64,000 bases of DNA. Origin: an uncultured Candidatus Saccharibacteria bacterium. GTDB lineage: Bacteria > Patescibacteriota > Saccharimonadia > Saccharimonadales > SZUA-47. The position numbers and the translations under genes are program-made. The stretch lies in NCBI GenBank assembly GCA_964536485.1, contig CAZHXX010000001.1, positions 21,643 to 85,642 of the forward strand, read 5' to 3'. Positions 43,079 to 51,317 of this stretch are shown here, piece by piece. Positions within the stretch are counted from its first letter, which is position 1; every line of letters starts with the position of its first letter. The notes below the pieces were generated by a model that made no database searches, was not told the DNA's origin, and worked only from the letters and a program-made list of their open reading frames with translations.

Positions 43079-43474
43079 ATGACTTCAGACATACAAGCAT
43101 ACAATTCACGACAAACTCCTGACTATGAGGCTATTTGCCGTACACTAGCGCAAGAAATTGAAAAATTCATACCTGAAAAGAATGCAAAAGTCTGGCATGC
43201 TCATCCTGCTTGGTTTCTGGAAGATAACCCGATTGTTGGCTATTCAGTACTAAAAGCAGGGGTAAATCTCATGTTTTGGAGTGGGCGATCTTTTAACGAA
43301 CCTGAGCTAACAGGCACGAGTCGTTTTAAGGACGCATCTATCTACTACAAAAGCGTTGATGAAATTGATACGCAAAAATTAGCAAAGTGGCTTGAAAAAG
43401 CGAAAGAGATTCAGTGGGACTACAAAAATATCGTAAAGAAAAAAGGCGTACTAGAACCCCTAAAAGGTTTATAG
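43079..43474 (+). CDS. DUF1801 (YdhG-like) domain protein
   Basis: 131 aa with a pattern similar to the clearer paralogue at 46110. Confidence 0.6.
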   Translation: MTSDIQAYNSRQTPDYEAICRTLAQEIEKFIPEKNAKVWHAHPAWFLEDNPIVGYSVLKAGVNLMFWSGRSFNEPELTGTSRFKDASIYYKSVDEIDTQKLAKWLEKAKEIQWDYKNIVKKKGVLEPLKGL

Positions 43475-43494
43475 AATCCTAGTTTATCAACTTA

Positions 43495-46014
43495 TCAAGA
43501 CCAGAAATACTTATGCGCATCGATATCAAAGCCGTTTCCATACCCTCCAAAAAGCATAATTGAGCGTCTTTTGCGAATTGCGTAGGTAGTCCAGATTATC
43601 CCTGCAATCGCAAGGATAGACAGTGTTATTCCGGCAGGGATGAGCTTTCGCTTTAGGCTTGCGTACTTATCTTCTACTGTGACATAGCTTGAACTCAACA
43701 CCGAGCTCCCATCCTTAAAAGTAATTCGCTCAGTCACCTCATAAGTCCCAGGCTTTAATTTTGAAGTATCAAGAGCCGTGTCGGCGTTCGTCCCATTAGT
43801 AACAGGGGCCTCTTCTCCATTCACCAGGATTAGGACCGATTCAATATTTTCTTGTTCTTCAGTCAAAAAGCGATCAGTATTTACCGCAACAGGCGTTCCT
43901 GTCGCAGTTTTAATAGGGCTCACAGTAGTCGTGGTCGTTACAGCAGGCTTAGTAACTTGGACCGTTGTTCCAGTGCTTGTTTTAGGAGGTGTTACCGGCG
44001 AAGGAGAAGCTGGAGATGTTGCGGTAGCAGGGATAGTGAGAGTAAGTGTAATTTTGTCAATGTTAAGCCACCCATTTGCAGGAAAGCTGCTATCTGAAAT
44101 AATATCAATTGTATTTTGACCTTTTACGAGTGCAACATTAATCTTATCCATATCTGCCCATGAATCCCAACTTGAGGTCTTTGGGAATGAATAGGTAACT
44201 GTTGTGGAGTTAGCCTTAATCTTTTTTTGTGGAATGTCTGCTGCGCTGGCCGTGTATCGAATAACCATTTTGTAGGTCCCTGCCGTGAAAGCATTGAAGG
44301 TGAAGCGCACCCCAGCACCTGAAGTTGTAGGTGCCCAGTTATAGACATACCCTCCATCAGACCCAGTATGTCCTGCGCCGTATTGACTTGTATCTTGGTT
44401 TGATGCTTTTGTGCCTCCAAGTAGCTGAGCTGATTCTGCTTGTAGAACGTTTGTTGGGTTAGGAGTCGGCGTCGGTGATGGGGTTGGCGTAGGGCTAGGA
44501 GATGGTGAAGGAGTCGGCGTCGGTGATGGGGTTGGCGTAGGGCTAGGGCTTGGAGTTGATGATGCAGGAGAGCTCAATAGCATTTTTGTATAGCTTGGGT
44601 CGTACTTTATCCACGGATCAGTATCTGTAGCTGTCGCTCCTGCGCTTGCATAGCTAACGAAGCTATTACCGCTAAGTGTATTGCTTGAGGAAGCGATACA
44701 TCCATCGATGTAATTTGTAGAAACTGCAATGATTTTATTATTACTTATTGTATTCCCAGAGTTAGCGCATGTCTGCTTCGCTGCATGCATTGCGCTAAAA
44801 CCAGAGGCATTCCCAAAGACAAGGGTATTTGAATCAATAACTGTGTTTGTTACATTCGCGTAAAATCCGCCGTTTTCTCCGTTGTGTAACACCATAGGGC
44901 CAGCCCCATACCATCCTTCTCCTCCGGGCTTTACACGAATATAGTTGTACTTAATAGTATGACCAGAGCCCATGACATCAAGTGCTCCATTATCGATAAA
45001 GTTTCCAATTACTTTATTGTTGTTTGGGTTGCGCACGTTCCAGTACTGACGAGAATTGCCCGATATCTTGTTATAGGAGAACCACGTACTATCTGCTTTT
45101 GAAGAACCCACATACGGGTCAGCCCCATCCCAATTTAAGATAGTATTAAACTGAAAGACGGTAGGTATTTGACTGTGCTTATTATCGCAACAGCCAATTT
45201 TGATAGCTTCTGTCTCTCGAGGGGCACTCATATCCCAAGGCCCTATAACAGTGTTATGTGAAAAAATGTTACCAAAAGAGCCATCAACTACTGAAAATGC
45301 GATGCCTTTCGGACGGTCAATATAGTTTCTGTCGATGAGATTATAATGCTCTCCTGGAACAATAGAGTTGATGAGCGCGTACCCTTGGTACGAGCCTTCA
45401 TGCCTATCTCCAGCGCCGGATAAGTAGTTATCGTAAACCCTATTTTTAAACCCCTCAACACGGAATACAGATGTTCCACCGTTGTCTTGCACTTTAAATT
45501 GCATAACAACAACGTAACTACTCTCTATATTCCAGCACGGACTATTCAGCCCACCACAACTAGTTATCACCGCTCCATGTCTCACTTTTGAACGGATAAT
45601 AATCGGGTTTGTCTCTGTACCTTTCACCGATGCCGGAATGTTGACGTTCCCACTATAATTACCGGGATTTACCTCAAAGACTGTACCAGGGGTAAGTTGT
45701 CCCGCGTTAATTGCTCCTCGTAAATCATCGAGGCTTCCGGAACGAGTAGCAGGCCTCCCCAATTTTGTTGTATCGATAAGGTTATAGTTTGCTTCAGCTC
45801 CAGCCTTTACATTGGCTGGCGCACTTTGCGCGGACGTGCCTTCGTTCTTACTAGACAGCCCATAGATAAACGCTGTTGAAACCCCAGCAAAAAGTAACAG
45901 CGCTATGTTCGTAAGCAAAAATACCCTGTGGCTTATCGAAAGCTCATGATGAAATGATTTATCCTGAGAGCTATGGACATAGGTTGGATGCTTTAACTTT
46001 TTCGGTGCCTTCAT
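43495..46014 (-). CDS. surface polysaccharide-active enzyme: right-handed beta-helix (PL6/pectate-lyase-like), Pro/Thr/Ser linker, CBM6/35-like module, C-terminal TM anchor
   Basis: N-terminal TM helix and beta-helix repeats (NxxxGN... and NTVIGPW...). PSPTPTP linker. The CBM segment has LQAESAQLLGG...GGYVYNW...AGTYKMVIRYT...GQNTIDI. A C-terminal TM helix is followed by RKRRS and a 24-aa tail. An alternative TTG start lies at 46020. Confidence 0.7.
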   Translation of the reverse strand: MKAPKKLKHPTYVHSSQDKSFHHELSISHRVFLLTNIALLLFAGVSTAFIYGLSSKNEGTSAQSAPANVKAGAEANYNLIDTTKLGRPATRSGSLDDLRGAINAGQLTPGTVFEVNPGNYSGNVNIPASVKGTETNPIIIRSKVRHGAVITSCGGLNSPCWNIESSYVVVMQFKVQDNGGTSVFRVEGFKNRVYDNYLSGAGDRHEGSYQGYALINSIVPGEHYNLIDRNYIDRPKGIAFSVVDGSFGNIFSHNTVIGPWDMSAPRETEAIKIGCCDNKHSQIPTVFQFNTILNWDGADPYVGSSKADSTWFSYNKISGNSRQYWNVRNPNNNKVIGNFIDNGALDVMGSGHTIKYNYIRVKPGGEGWYGAGPMVLHNGENGGFYANVTNTVIDSNTLVFGNASGFSAMHAAKQTCANSGNTISNNKIIAVSTNYIDGCIASSSNTLSGNSFVSYASAGATATDTDPWIKYDPSYTKMLLSSPASSTPSPSPTPTPSPTPTPSPSPSPTPTPSPTPTPNPTNVLQAESAQLLGGTKASNQDTSQYGAGHTGSDGGYVYNWAPTTSGAGVRFTFNAFTAGTYKMVIRYTASAADIPQKKIKANSTTVTYSFPKTSSWDSWADMDKINVALVKGQNTIDIISDSSFPANGWLNIDKITLTLTIPATATSPASPSPVTPPKTSTGTTVQVTKPAVTTTTTVSPIKTATGTPVAVNTDRFLTEEQENIESVLILVNGEEAPVTNGTNADTALDTSKLKPGTYEVTERITFKDGSSVLSSSYVTVEDKYASLKRKLIPAGITLSILAIAGIIWTTYAIRKRRSIMLFGGYGNGFDIDAHKYFWS
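44462..44547. repeat. 38-nt perfect direct repeat with 48-nt period inside the Pro/Thr/Ser linker coding region
   Basis: GGAGTCGGCGTCGGTGATGGGGTTGGCGTAGGGCTAGG occurs at 44462-44499 and again at 44510-44547. Confidence 0.85.
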
Positions 46015-46096
46015 TGACAATTTTTTGAGTTATTAGTTAAGTTTATAACCATAAGTACTAGTATACGAAATTACACTTTTAAACCGAACTGTGTTT

Positions 46097-46109
46097 TATA
46101 CTATTCATC
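46097..46109 (+). promoter_or_regulatory. -10 box TATACT placed 7 nt before ATG 46110
   Basis: Sequence tatact-attcatc-ATG. Confidence 0.45.
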
Positions 46110-46469
46110 ATGGATGCACGAAAAAAATATCTTACAGTTGACAGCTACGTATCAGACTTTAGCGGTGAAACTCGAGAACGTATCGACACCATCAGAAAAT
46201 TGATTCACGAACTTGAGCCAGAAATAATAGAGAAGATTAGTTACAATATCCCTGCTTTCTTCATAGGAAAAACAATGGTGGTCTACTTTGCAGGTTATGT
46301 CAACCATGTCAGCCTATACCCACTGCATCTTATTGAAAAAGAACAGCAATCGCTCTTTAAAAAGTACTCCTCAGGTAAAGCAACGTTCAAACTTCCAAAT
46401 AGTGAAGCGCTTCCGATTGAACTTATCGAAAAATTCATAACTTTACGCCTCGAAGCGGTACGTTCATAA
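46110..46469 (+). CDS. DUF1801 (YdhG-like) domain protein
   Basis: TVDSYVSDFSGETRERIDTIRKLIHELEPEIIEKISYNIPAFF... Confidence 0.7.
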   Translation: MDARKKYLTVDSYVSDFSGETRERIDTIRKLIHELEPEIIEKISYNIPAFFIGKTMVVYFAGYVNHVSLYPLHLIEKEQQSLFKKYSSGKATFKLPNSEALPIELIEKFITLRLEAVRS

Positions 46470-46477
46470 TAATCTGC

Positions 46478-48082
46478 TTAGTGCAGTCTGAATTTTCTGC
46501 GTATTTCATTTCTCCACTCGTATAGCATGTAACCACCGGTGAGGCCTACGACTGCAGTCATTGAGGGCCAGTTTATTGTCCCGCCTGTTTGCTGAGACGG
46601 CACGTCCACAACATTTGCAAGCTCATCTTGCGAACTTGCTACTATACTCACTTTTCTACATCTATTTGTTTCTACGTTTCGTTCTTCACCTTCGTCACAA
46701 GGTTTTAAGGAAGAGGTGGTACTTACAAGTTTTCGGCAACGATTTGTCTCTGGGCTTCTGTACTCATCTTCATCACAAGGCGCTAACGTTGCAACTGCTG
46801 TCTCTATCGTTCGACATCGACGAGTTTCTGGGTTCCGATATTTTCCTGCTGGACATGGAGCAAGAACTGTCGTTACACCCAACACTTCCTCTTCAGCTTT
46901 CTGTATATACGGCTTGTTTGCACCCGTTCGAGTCACTTGATTCGTGACAATCCACATATCATCAACAACCGCCCAGCTCTCTGTGTCTGCGAGTTCTGGA
47001 TATAGAGGAGCTTCGCTCACAAGCATCCCAGCAGGCGTCTTTAAGCGTAGGGCAACTCCGCTTGAGTTGGGGAGCACAATACCCGTTTCCGAATCAGTCA
47101 CGACAATATAGGCACCCGGTTTTATCTCTCCGCTTTTAAAGGTAAAATCATCATCGAAATCTGGCCCGACTTGCAAGACATAACCTTTGAGAAGAACAGT
47201 TTCATCGTTCGGGTTGTACAGTTCAATAAATTCTTTACCTGTATCATAGCTTGGTGCATTTGCGTATAGCTCGGTAATGACAAGTGGGCGATTTTCAAGC
47301 GGGATGAGTGTGCATACCCCGTTATCGATTCTGTAACCATCAGGTATAGTTTTTTGTAACTCATCCAAGTTTGGGCACACATCACTAAAGCAATCCCCTG
47401 CTTCATCCTGCAACATACCGTCGGGCAGGCTTGCTTGCACGTCATCAATATTAGGGCACAGATCAACGGGCACCACGACTTCATATAGCCCGCTTGATAA
47501 GACGGCGAGCCTTTCGATGGACAAAAAGTCTACGCTGTTATTATCAGTATCAATCGCTAGAGCACTATCATCTCTGCCTAGTACTTTGCCACTCGTATGT
47601 ACTGGTGCCGCCGTAGTTTCCGGATGAACAGCCGTCCCCCAGCCAACTTTGTCAATCTCGTTATTATTCGCATCAAGCAACCGCAGATGCCCACCCGTTG
47701 ATGCCATACCGGCAGAGAATATTTTATCGGGTACAAATAACGGGTTTACGCTTATAAATTCTGTAGATGAAAAACTTATTAATTCACCAGCAGTAAGCCA
47801 AAGCTCTACTTGTGAAGTGCTCCCTAGACAACTCTTAAAGCCAACATTGTCTGCGGAGGAGCTGTATTGCAGACACCAATTAGTAATATTCACGTCTGTG
47901 AGAGAAGTATTCTTTATCAGAATAAGTTCTTGCGATGAAGTACCCGTGCCGTTGCCACCAGTTTGCACCTGATAGATTACAATATGCGGAGAAACTGCTG
48001 ACACTGGTGAGAGGGCATAAAAGCACTTGAAAATACTGCCCAAGAAACCAATAAGGAGTAGTCTACGCAAATGACACTTCAC
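46478..48082 (-). CDS. surface protein with two lamin-tail domains (LTD), Cys-rich repeats and a sortase-type anchor
   Basis: Signal peptide. LTD-like segments (IVIYQVQTGG...ELILIKNTS...NITNW and LVITELYANAP...EFIELYNPND). Three copies of C-x6-R-x-(P/V)ET-x-RCR. C-terminal SQQTG (46583-46597) followed by a TM helix and a basic tail. GTG start with AAGAGGG SD. Confidence 0.75.
   Translation of the reverse strand: MKCHLRRLLLIGFLGSIFKCFYALSPVSAVSPHIVIYQVQTGGNGTGTSSQELILIKNTSLTDVNITNWCLQYSSSADNVGFKSCLGSTSQVELWLTAGELISFSSTEFISVNPLFVPDKIFSAGMASTGGHLRLLDANNNEIDKVGWGTAVHPETTAAPVHTSGKVLGRDDSALAIDTDNNSVDFLSIERLAVLSSGLYEVVVPVDLCPNIDDVQASLPDGMLQDEAGDCFSDVCPNLDELQKTIPDGYRIDNGVCTLIPLENRPLVITELYANAPSYDTGKEFIELYNPNDETVLLKGYVLQVGPDFDDDFTFKSGEIKPGAYIVVTDSETGIVLPNSSGVALRLKTPAGMLVSEAPLYPELADTESWAVVDDMWIVTNQVTRTGANKPYIQKAEEEVLGVTTVLAPCPAGKYRNPETRRCRTIETAVATLAPCDEDEYRSPETNRCRKLVSTTSSLKPCDEGEERNVETNRCRKVSIVASSQDELANVVDVPSQQTGGTINWPSMTAVVGLTGGYMLYEWRNEIRRKFRLH
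46649..46855 (-). repeat. three tandem ~26-aa Cys-rich repeats within the LTD protein
   Basis: CPAGKYRNPETRRCR / CDEDEYRSPETNRCR / CDEGEERNVETNRCR, separated by S/T-rich spacers. Confidence 0.7.
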
Positions 48083-48104
48083 TTGTTAACCCTCTTATTT
48101 TTAC

Positions 48105-48132
48105 ATCATACACCTTATGGTTGGCGTGTCAA
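48105..48132 (-). promoter_or_regulatory. canonical sigma70-type promoter for the LTD gene (TTGACA-16 nt-TATGAT)
   Basis: On the minus strand: TTGACA (48132-48127), a 16-nt spacer, then TATGAT (48110-48105). This is followed by a 22-nt leader containing AAGAGGG. Confidence 0.5.
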
Positions 48133-48134
48133 CG

Positions 48135-49598
48135 TTATTCTATGACTGAGTAGCTTCTAAACCGATACCGTGTCCTTCGCCACAAAAATATACAGCCAAT
48201 TACAATACCCGTATAACTTAAAAGAAGAGCGCTAGCTGAAAAACCTACAGTAGCAGATGCTTGTGGGAGTACCGACATTCTCCCGACAACTGCCGTGATG
48301 TACGTAAGTAACAGCTGTGCTGGATATCCAACAACAAAAGCTCCCGCCGTAAAGACCAAACCATAGAGCCCTGCGATAAAACTAAGCATCATTGCGACTG
48401 GGATAAGCGGAACGACCAGCACATTTGCTATCAATGAGAGTGGTGAAAATGCATTAAAAACAAAAAGTACTAGCGGCAAAGTCATTATTTGCGCAGACAA
48501 TGTCTCGATTACCACTTGCCTAATACTATGAGACTCTTGGTCTCCCCAAAAATAAGCATTAAGGAGTGGCCCGACTATCATAACCCCGATAAAAGACGTG
48601 AACGATAGGAGCCAGCCGATATCACCCGCACCAAACGTTGGGTTTATGAGAAGGGTAACTGCAGCAGAGAAAGTAATCAGCATAAATGGGTGAATCTTAC
48701 GCCCAAAGTACCAAGCCACAAGACTGAGTAGTGCGATGAAGGCCGCTCGGCTCATTGATGGGCTGAAGCCTGTCATCTGAGTAAAAAGAACTACTAATAA
48801 ACTCGACATCGCGAGAGCCGTAAAACGCGACACCCTGTTAAACAAACGGCGTGCGAAACGGACAAGTACGGTCAGGTTGTAGCCACTTGCAACGACGATA
48901 TGTGTGAGCCCCAGCAAGCGAAGTTCGTTTTGTAGCTTTTCTGGAAGTGCCGTCTTTTGGCCAAGTAAAAAACCCGCTCCCAACGAGGCTTGAGGTTCTT
49001 TGACACCTTTTCTTACCGCGTCACCAAACTCATCCCTTGCCGAGCCTGCTATATCTGCATAATCTTGGCGCACTATTTTTGCAATGTCGGCACGATACAT
49101 ACTCGCGACCAATGGTCCAAAACCCGAGCTGAGCTGTCCTTCTGCACTGACAGTATCTGCGCGCTTAACATCTAGTTTCTTTGTCGTCACTACCCAGACA
49201 TCTCCCGGAAGCGACGTCTCTCCAATGTGTATGTTTGTTAAACGTAGCCGAGTCTCTTCCTCAACACCTAAAGATGGGTCTTCCTTTACTACCCCATGCA
49301 AAAGTACTGTTTTCCCCATGAGTTGCTGATAGTACATCTTTGCCTGTGGTACTGCGTTACCACGCGCCAGTCCAATAATAATCCCAGCAAGAAACACCAA
49401 CACAACCGCTCGTCTATCTCGCTTAAAAAAACCTATAGAAGTGAGGCAAAATGCGCAAACAAGCATTTCCAAACGGATAAAAATCGCATGCCTAACTGCA
49501 AAGAAAACACCAAGAGTAATCCCACACGATACCGCACAAATAAGCCAGGAGCTATGAATGTTACGTTTCAACGGGGACCTTCTGTTCCCCACACCCAT
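48135..49598 (-). CDS. comEC: ComEC/Rec2 DNA-uptake channel, short form without the metallo-beta-lactamase domain
   Basis: 487 aa. N-terminal DUF4131-like region followed by the Competence domain (LLGLTHIVVASGYNLTVL...). The protein ends right after the last TM helix. Confidence 0.8.
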   Translation of the reverse strand: MGVGNRRSPLKRNIHSSWLICAVSCGITLGVFFAVRHAIFIRLEMLVCAFCLTSIGFFKRDRRAVVLVFLAGIIIGLARGNAVPQAKMYYQQLMGKTVLLHGVVKEDPSLGVEEETRLRLTNIHIGETSLPGDVWVVTTKKLDVKRADTVSAEGQLSSGFGPLVASMYRADIAKIVRQDYADIAGSARDEFGDAVRKGVKEPQASLGAGFLLGQKTALPEKLQNELRLLGLTHIVVASGYNLTVLVRFARRLFNRVSRFTALAMSSLLVVLFTQMTGFSPSMSRAAFIALLSLVAWYFGRKIHPFMLITFSAAVTLLINPTFGAGDIGWLLSFTSFIGVMIVGPLLNAYFWGDQESHSIRQVVIETLSAQIMTLPLVLFVFNAFSPLSLIANVLVVPLIPVAMMLSFIAGLYGLVFTAGAFVVGYPAQLLLTYITAVVGRMSVLPQASATVGFSASALLLSYTGIVIGCIFLWRRTRYRFRSYSVIE

Positions 49599-50286
49599 TT
49601 AAAACTCGTTTCATAGCAGACTTCTCTGCGTCAGTAACCCATAAACCATATTTAGATTTTACTGCAATTTGTCTTGCAACATATTGGCATCGATAATTTT
49701 TGTTAGGTGGAAGCCAGCTTGCCGCATCGCTATCACCTTTTTTCTGGTTAGCCGGCCCGTCAACAGGAAGCAGATTAAGCGGGTCATTCGCCAGTTGCAC
49801 GCGTTGTTCAAAACTCAGTAACTGCGCACCTTTTTGCCAAGCATCACTCAAGGCTACTACATGATCTATTTGTACTCTGTCACTCGTGGTCTGCCCGCGA
49901 GTAAATACTATGGTGGTTGCTGTATACGGGTCGTCCAGTGTTCCTGAGAGCACGACACAACCATCATCAGAAAGCTTCACTTCCCTCATTGCTCGAGCAA
50001 GCATAATATTGCGCATGTCACAGTTTCCAACCTGCGCCCACCCATCTCCAAACTGCGTTCGCTTATAGCCAGTCTTTGGCGCTCGCCCTTTAACGGCGAT
50101 CTTTTCCAAAATATCTTGAGCTAGCGGACTATCTGCATCCCTGCTCGTCACCGACAAAACACTCGGAGTGTCAGCCTTTGGGCTATTGATGCTTACTACA
50201 AACTGTGTCGCTAACAACACTCCCATTATCAGTAAAACAGCAAAGCTGCGTCGTGCTTTAAATACTCTCGCCCTAGGCAGTTCCAT
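49561..50286 (-). CDS. secreted DUF1524 / GmrSD-C-type HNH nuclease
   Basis: N-terminal TM/signal segment. IDHVVALSDAWQKGA and GPANQKKGDSDAASWLPP motifs. Overlaps the comEC start by 38 nt. Confidence 0.75.
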   Translation of the reverse strand: MELPRARVFKARRSFAVLLIMGVLLATQFVVSINSPKADTPSVLSVTSRDADSPLAQDILEKIAVKGRAPKTGYKRTQFGDGWAQVGNCDMRNIMLARAMREVKLSDDGCVVLSGTLDDPYTATTIVFTRGQTTSDRVQIDHVVALSDAWQKGAQLLSFEQRVQLANDPLNLLPVDGPANQKKGDSDAASWLPPNKNYRCQYVARQIAVKSKYGLWVTDAEKSAMKRVLNGCGEQKVPVET

Positions 50287-50299
50287 AAAATCTATTGTA
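50287..50299 (-). promoter_or_regulatory. -10 box TACAAT placed 7 nt before ATG 50286
   Basis: On the minus strand: tctacaat-agatttt-ATG. Confidence 0.45.
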
Positions 50300-50320
50300 G
50301 ACTGCCACGCACGTCTTGTA

Positions 50321-50749
50321 CTACTGATTTGTATCGAGCTGATTAAGCCGGCCGGCGTAGGCCATAGCTATTTCTTGATGACCTAAAATTTTTAACGCAC
50401 CAACCAATACATACACTTCGTCGAGTATCTCTTGAGAAACCTCTTGTTCTAAGCGACTAAACCGCTGTTCTATTTCCGCCACAAGTTCATGTTTGTGGTT
50501 ACTGACAGCTTGGGCTACTTCTTTAATGCCAGATACTACCTCAAGCGAGCGAGCTGACTTATCCCGCTTCACCACATGGCCTCTTTTGATAAGATTATTT
50601 ATATGTAAGGCGACAGTAGCAACAGAGGTGTAGTTACAGCCGGTCATAATCTCTCGATAACTAGGACTGTAGCCATGCTCAGCGATAAACTCGCGCAAAA
50701 AAGCGAGAAGTTCGTGTTGTTTCTTGGTTGGTCGGGTAGTGTCGCTCAT
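50321..50749 (-). CDS. LexA-type winged-helix DNA-binding protein without the S24 peptidase domain
   Basis: PTKKQHELLAFLREFIAEHGYSPSYREIMTGCNYTSVATVALHINNLIKRGHV matches the LexA N-terminal domain pattern. The remaining roughly 70 aa are helical, with no Ser/Lys dyad region. Confidence 0.65.
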   Translation of the reverse strand: MSDTTRPTKKQHELLAFLREFIAEHGYSPSYREIMTGCNYTSVATVALHINNLIKRGHVVKRDKSARSLEVVSGIKEVAQAVSNHKHELVAEIEQRFSRLEQEVSQEILDEVYVLVGALKILGHQEIAMAYAGRLNQLDTNQ

Positions 50750-51240
50750 TTCTTTGCCTTTCGTTGCTTAGTTGGGGTGCTCTTCTTTTGTATATGATGC
50801 TTGGGACCATAGATATGCTGCGGAGAGGACTTCTTTTTTTTCTTAAACACCCAGTTGCTGTACCACAACCAATTCCACACGGTGAAGAATCCACTCGATA
50901 CAAACTGCCCAATATACGGAGTAATGCCAACAGCGCGCAATCCTCCAACAATAACTTGGTCGAGCAAGAAATTCACCACCATCAATATGTAGTAGCGCTT
51001 TGCCGCATCGCCTAGCTGTTTTTTATTTGATTTTCCTTGTCGGAACACCCAGTAGTGTTGCAAGGCAAAGTTAAAACTTGCACCAATAACATAGCTTCCT
51101 AGCTTTGTAGGCCAAAATGGCACATGAAAGACTTTGTCCAAAATTGCGAAACTTGCATATCCTACCCAAAACCATGCACCACCAGACACCATATACTCAG
51201 CAAACTGGATAAGAAGTTTTCGTGATTTTTTTGCGCTCAT
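50746..51240 (-). CDS. GtrA-family membrane protein
   Basis: Four TM helices and QFAEYMVSGGAWFWVGY...HYWVF. Basic C-terminal tail. ATGA overlap with the LexA-like gene. Confidence 0.7.
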   Translation of the reverse strand: MSAKKSRKLLIQFAEYMVSGGAWFWVGYASFAILDKVFHVPFWPTKLGSYVIGASFNFALQHYWVFRQGKSNKKQLGDAAKRYYILMVVNFLLDQVIVGGLRAVGITPYIGQFVSSGFFTVWNWLWYSNWVFKKKKKSSPQHIYGPKHHIQKKSTPTKQRKAKK

Positions 51241-51302
51241 GCTTACTTATAAGCATAGCCTCTACCCAAACAAAAAGCAAACAAGAACATTACAGAAAAC
51301 AG

Positions 51303-51317
51303 TGTTAAAATGGAGCC
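51303..51317 (+). promoter_or_regulatory. extended -10 (TGtTAAAAT) placed 6 nt before ATG 51318
   Basis: Sequence tgttaaaat-ggagcc-ATG. Confidence 0.5.
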
